From the IMG/VR virus record IMGVR_UViG_3300037067_003729: DNA of 64,000 nucleotides; one strand, 5' to 3'. Source of the stretch: an uncultured virus (IMG/VR IMGVR_UViG_3300037067_003729). Taxonomy: Duplodnaviria; Heunggongvirae; Uroviricota; Caudoviricetes. Shown here piece after piece: positions 59,875 through 64,000 of this stretch. The translations under genes and the position numbers were made by a program. Each line of letters opens with the position of its first letter. Positions within the stretch are counted from its first letter, which is position 1. The notes beneath the pieces were generated by a model, which was not told the DNA's origin, did not search any database, and was given only the letters and a program-made list of their open reading frames with translations.

Positions 59875-61479
59875 ATGTTTGAAAGGAACTGTAAGCTTTT
59901 AAGTGAGTTTCAGTCGGAAGCATTTAAAAAGATTCAAACCCCTGAAACCACATTGATATTTACGGAACAAGTCTTGTTCGGATTGAATGAAAATCAAGCA
60001 GTTGACAATTTGGTGATAAATTCAGATGATAAAATGCTGACTGTCGGAACTTCAGACAATGAAAGTTGGCTGCAAAACGTCAATCCTGACATGCATACCA
60101 TTATTGTGTACGGACTTGGATTGGGAAACCACATAGAGTCACTAATAAAGAAATATCCGGACAAAAAAATAATCGTCATCGAACCGGATAAGAGACTGTT
60201 TTACCATGCTATCCAGATACGAGACTTTGAATTCATCGTAAAAAACTGCACTATTTGGCTGGATGAACCTATTGACCTTGTCAAGGCGAAGATACATGAA
60301 ATGATAACCCATCCATTGGCAAGAGGAATCATGCTGTTGCCGTTTTATGCGAACGTCTACCAGGATTATTTTAACCTTTTGCTGAACAGTATAAAGCAAA
60401 TAATCAACGATTATGCGGTAATGGTGAATACTAAGTGGTGTCTTGTGGACAAGTGGTATGCCAACCGGATAATCAACGCCCGTAAACCCTCATACAGCGG
60501 AAAGGCTTTGATAGACGCACATAAAGGATTGCCGGGTATCATTGTCGGGGCGGGGCCGAGTCTGCAGACACAATTAGAAAAATTAAGGGAGATTCAAGGA
60601 AAGGCCGTTGTGATCGCCGCGTCAACCGCAATGGAAATTTTGCACTCTCACGGCATAAGACCAACTTACATGATCGCAATAGACCAAGACCCCATTACGT
60701 CAGGCGGGTTACATGAAAACCTCGACTCTGACGTCCCTTTGATCTTCGACACGCAGATAGCGCAAAATTCACTGAATTACACTGGCCCCAAGATACAGGT
60801 ACAACTTAATGTCAATCGATACACAACCGTTGAACTGCCTATATTTGAGTCTGGTCCCTCGGTGGCAAATGTTGCCCTTGATGTTTTACATAAAATGGGG
60901 TGTAGCCCGATTCTTATAGTAGGAATGGACATGTCTTATACAGACAACAAATTATACTGCGACGGGACAAAGTTCAATCAAGACATTCAAGAAACCAACT
61001 TATTACAAATGATCAACAATAAAGGTGAGATGTGTTTTACGGAACCGTCGTTTGTATCAATGCGAAACTGGTATGAAGATTACGTGAACCGTGTGAAACT
61101 GGAAGTCTACAATTGCACTGAGAGGGGATTGGTAATCAAGTCTATCCCGAATAAAGTTTTGGACGAATTTACTTTTGACAAAGAGGTCATCATGCCTGAA
61201 TTTGAATTAATAGATGGCGCAAAGGATGATTACAAGACTGAGTTATTGGAAATAAAGGACTTTATTGAAAAGAACAGATCTGTCAACCCTGCGTTTCAAA
61301 AGTGCAAAGCGTGGATTCTGATAGACGAATATGTTCAGCCTGACATTTATATTGCGGAAATCCGAAGTGAAGGACGCATAAAGAGGGGAATGGATATCAA
61401 AGAATCCGTCAAGATGTTTCAAGAACAGCGAATTAATCTTATTTTAACCGCTGTGGAGAAATTACTTAATTTATTTTAA
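59875..61479 (+). CDS. Maf (motility-associated factor, MAF_flag10/DUF115) nonulosonate glycosyltransferase
   Basis: IVYGLGLGNH..IIVIEPD N-terminal domain; IIVGAGPSL, IRP.YMIAID, GPSVAN, MGCSPILIVGMDMSY, YNCTE.GL.I. Confidence 0.88.
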   Translation: MFERNCKLLSEFQSEAFKKIQTPETTLIFTEQVLFGLNENQAVDNLVINSDDKMLTVGTSDNESWLQNVNPDMHTIIVYGLGLGNHIESLIKKYPDKKIIVIEPDKRLFYHAIQIRDFEFIVKNCTIWLDEPIDLVKAKIHEMITHPLARGIMLLPFYANVYQDYFNLLLNSIKQIINDYAVMVNTKWCLVDKWYANRIINARKPSYSGKALIDAHKGLPGIIVGAGPSLQTQLEKLREIQGKAVVIAASTAMEILHSHGIRPTYMIAIDQDPITSGGLHENLDSDVPLIFDTQIAQNSLNYTGPKIQVQLNVNRYTTVELPIFESGPSVANVALDVLHKMGCSPILIVGMDMSYTDNKLYCDGTKFNQDIQETNLLQMINNKGEMCFTEPSFVSMRNWYEDYVNRVKLEVYNCTERGLVIKSIPNKVLDEFTFDKEVIMPEFELIDGAKDDYKTELLEIKDFIEKNRSVNPAFQKCKAWILIDEYVQPDIYIAEIRSEGRIKRGMDIKESVKMFQEQRINLILTAVEKLLNLF

Positions 61480-61592
61480 ACGAGTAGGCCGGGAGTACCT
61501 CAATACCCCCGGCTTTGTTATGCCATCCTTCTGCCTACGGGCAAGCGAGGACGGCAATTTTTATTATAAATCAAATATACGGGAGGTGTCAA

Positions 61593-61835
61593 ATGGATGA
61601 AAAGCTTCAGGAAGTATTAACCGACATCAGAGACAGGGTAATCAGGATTGAAACTAAAATAGAGGATTACACCGGACTACGGGAAAAGACAGATAAAACA
61701 TACGGCATATCAAGGGCAAACGAAAAGGACATATCTGAAATGAAAGATAACCAAAAATGGCTATGGCGCACTGTGATAGGCGGGTTTATCGGGGCTGTAA
61801 TAGCCTTTATTGTGAAGTTTGGAGGTAAGCCATGA
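61593..61835 (+). CDS. XhlA-family hemolysin/holin
   Basis: RVIRIETKI..I.EMKDNQKWLWRTVIG plus C-terminal TM. Confidence 0.85.
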   Translation: MDEKLQEVLTDIRDRVIRIETKIEDYTGLREKTDKTYGISRANEKDISEMKDNQKWLWRTVIGGFIGAVIAFIVKFGGKP

Positions 61836-62476
61836 AACGACCAATACCAATATATCAAGCTAACTTCAGTAATGTACCCTACAGCGACAACATTCCACCG
61901 GCACCAAGAGAAACGATCAAGGAATCCGGATGTGGCATTGTATCATCAGTTATGATGTTGAATACTTTTGGAATAAATGTGTCCGTACAGGAACTTGCTA
62001 AATTGTCTATGGATCATAAATTCCGAGTCGAGGTAGGAACGTCATGGGCACTGTTCCCGTTCATCGCAAAACAATACGATTTGCAGTTGGTTCAATCCGA
62101 TGATATGCAGGCTGTAACAAAAGCACTTCAAAACGGTTCGCTGGTAATTTGCTCAATGGGACCCGGAACATTTACTAAAGGCGGTCATTTCATTCTAGCA
62201 TACGATTATGCCGGTGGACTACTGTATTTTTGCGATCCTGCAAGTTCGCTGAGAACAGGAAGAGGTTACACGCCTGAGTTAGTTCAGAAAGAGCATAAAG
62301 AGTATTTCATATTTAGCAAGAAGATAGCGCCTAAATTGACCGCACAGGAGCTTGTTGAATACGCAAAGGGAAAGATACTCACCGATGAAACCAAATGGCT
62401 CAAAAAGGCAATGGTGGACAAAGAGATATATGCCTTGTTAGATAAGTTTAAAAAATATGATGAAGGGAGGAAATAA
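61832..62476 (+). CDS. C39-like peptidase (probable endolysin)
   Basis: YQ..TIKESGCG..S..M, G.FTKGGHFI, DP. Confidence 0.82.
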   Translation: MKRPIPIYQANFSNVPYSDNIPPAPRETIKESGCGIVSSVMMLNTFGINVSVQELAKLSMDHKFRVEVGTSWALFPFIAKQYDLQLVQSDDMQAVTKALQNGSLVICSMGPGTFTKGGHFILAYDYAGGLLYFCDPASSLRTGRGYTPELVQKEHKEYFIFSKKIAPKLTAQELVEYAKGKILTDETKWLKKAMVDKEIYALLDKFKKYDEGRK

Positions 62477-62477
62477 C

Positions 62478-62654
62478 ATGAAAGAACGCTTTGCAAAACT
62501 GGTAGACGTAAAAACAATTGTAACTCTTGCCCTTGTTGCAGCTGCCATAGCTTTTGTCGCAGTAGGTAAACTGGAATCCAAGGTGATTGAAAACCTTGTA
62601 GTAATGGCAGTATCATTTTACTTAGGTACAAAGATTGCTGAGAAGAATATATAG
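62478..62654 (+). CDS. Holin
   Basis: LVDVKTIVTL, two TM segments, SFYLGT. Confidence 0.78.
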   Translation: MKERFAKLVDVKTIVTLALVAAAIAFVAVGKLESKVIENLVVMAVSFYLGTKIAEKNI

Positions 62655-62662
62655 ACATAACA

Positions 62663-62700
62663 AAGGCTCCTGTCAATCGGCGGGGGCCTTATTTTTGTTT
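62663..62700. terminator. Terminator ending the late operon
   Basis: AAGGCTCCTGTC-aatc-GGCGGGGGCCTT then T-rich. Confidence 0.7.
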
Positions 62701-63020
62701 CCGATAAAATCTGAGCAAGAATGTGACTGATCGTTATATTCTGTCTTAAGTTTACAAAACAGGTAACCTTCATTGTGGCAATATCTTGACCAAAAACAAT
62801 CCTTACAAATTCCCTTTGTCACTGCTTATCACTTCCTTTCATTCCAATCTACAACAGCTTCTTCTGGTTCGTCAAATTTGCCAGACCGTTGCGCTCCGCA
62901 ATCATAATTTGAACATCTTATCCAAACCATATCACATTCGCCATAATATTCTGCTGGGCTTCCGCAGAAAGGACACAACCTTAATTCATCCATCCCTATT
63001 ACCTCCATTATATTATAGGC

Positions 63021-63302
63021 TCAAACTAGCCCCTTTTCTGCGTAAACATTCTCAACGGAATTAATCATTGCCTTCTTGCTGATCGTTTCAAGTGGGAGGA
63101 CTTTCAAAAATCTTTCAAGCACAAACGTTGCTGAAGATACATTATTTTCCTCAGTAAAACTATTTCTCATTGCTTCCCAAAACTCCTTAAAAAATTTATC
63201 CTGTTCAGAATATTGGTTGCCCTGCAAAACCATTTCCGCAATAACAATACTTCTTATCCATTTCTTTATGTCCATCCCTGCATCTATCTCCCTTCTATTC
63301 AC
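63021..63302 (-). CDS. hypothetical protein
   Basis: Minus-strand operon ORF; start may be internal ATG. Confidence 0.5.
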   Translation of the reverse strand: MNRREIDAGMDIKKWIRSIVIAEMVLQGNQYSEQDKFFKEFWEAMRNSFTEENNVSSATFVLERFLKVLPLETISKKAMINSVENVYAEKGLV

Positions 63303-63311
63303 GCCTGCGTT

Positions 63312-63494
63312 TCACCAATTTCTATCCATAAGAGGTACTCTTCGAAGTTTACGCATCTTTTTAATAAATGCACCTTGTATTGTTAAAAATGCGTTTTTAT
63401 CACCTTTACTAAAGGCAACAACACAATCCGTTCTGAGTGCGTCTAGCTCTGGCACTGATTTGCAAGTTTTAATTTTTTTGAGTAGTTCTTCCAT
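63312..63494 (-). CDS. hypothetical protein
   Basis: AGGAGG RBS, 60 aa. Confidence 0.6.
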   Translation of the reverse strand: MEELLKKIKTCKSVPELDALRTDCVVAFSKGDKNAFLTIQGAFIKKMRKLRRVPLMDRNW

Positions 63495-63542
63495 AGTTAT
63501 CCTCCTTCTCCGCTATGTGTGGAATATCCTGCTATTGTGTAA

Positions 63543-63800
63543 TTAAGCCATCCAAATTTCAAAGGCGCCTCTGGTAAGTTTATCAACACACATATATACA
63601 CCCTCACCCTTACCAAATTCCATCTGGCTATCTTCTGTTCCGTTAGGGAAATAACGCATGTATCCATCTCCGACATCAGCAATATCAACATCCCTATACC
63701 CTTCCTCTATTACTGTTTTGACAAATTCTTCTTTGGTTTTATATTCTGACTTTTTGCCAGCAATATCGCCTGTTGGTTGTAGTGTTATTAATCCTTTCAT
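63543..63800 (-). CDS. hypothetical protein
   Basis: AGGAGG RBS before ATG 63800. Confidence 0.6.
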   Translation of the reverse strand: MKGLITLQPTGDIAGKKSEYKTKEEFVKTVIEEGYRDVDIADVGDGYMRYFPNGTEDSQMEFGKGEGVYMCVDKLTRGAFEIWMA

Positions 63801-64000
63801 CTCAATCCTCCTTCTATTCACCTATAAACCCACACTGCCTACATTCCGCATATAATCAGCATATACAGATACCACCATCCACAACAGCATTACGCCACCC
63901 TCGGCTGTGTGAGTTTATTTGAGGAAGACGGGTTATCACCCCGCATGCAGCTTGTAACCTTTCGGTATCGGGAATTTAGTGGCACGCCCCCGACAAGCGA

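Larger units (their letters stand above)
1..64000. mobile_element. Temperate bacteriophage genome (podovirus-like virion module), probably excised/attP form
   Basis: Integrase, cI/cro, replication, terminase, portal, capsid, tail and lysis genes in canonical order; no host housekeeping genes; attP-like site at 709-1005. Confidence 0.92.

Overview
The window is almost entirely a temperate phage of a Clostridia-like (Bacillota) host. It appears to be in its excised, attP form. A 3' fragment of tRNA-Leu(TAA), flanked on both sides by paired TGACGGT arm-type repeats, lies next to a tyrosine integrase. Then come cI/cro, an antirepressor, two DNA methyltransferases and a pentapeptide-repeat gene. 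Recombination and replication genes follow (Cas4-like nuclease, ERF, initiator, DnaB), then an ArpU-type late activator and a cluster of self-contained accessory cassettes. The late region runs terS, terL, portal, scaffold, capsid, a podovirus-like tail and ejection module (no tape measure, tube or sheath recognisable), and a lysis cassette. The most striking feature is a complete legionaminic-acid-type nonulosonic acid pathway: 4,6-dehydratase, DegT aminotransferase, NeuD/PglD acetyltransferase, NeuC hydrolysing epimerase, NeuB synthase and cytidylyltransferase. It comes with a Maf-family flagellin-type glycosyltransferase and three possible tailoring enzymes. These genes are not one island. 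They are dispersed through, and co-oriented with, the late virion operon, whose small structural proteins are unusually Ser/Thr/Ala-rich. The inferred system is phage-encoded O-glycosylation of the virion (or of host flagellin) with a sialic-acid-like sugar. All product calls come from motif recognition by eye; no database searches were run. There is a 100-N assembly gap at 8360-8459.
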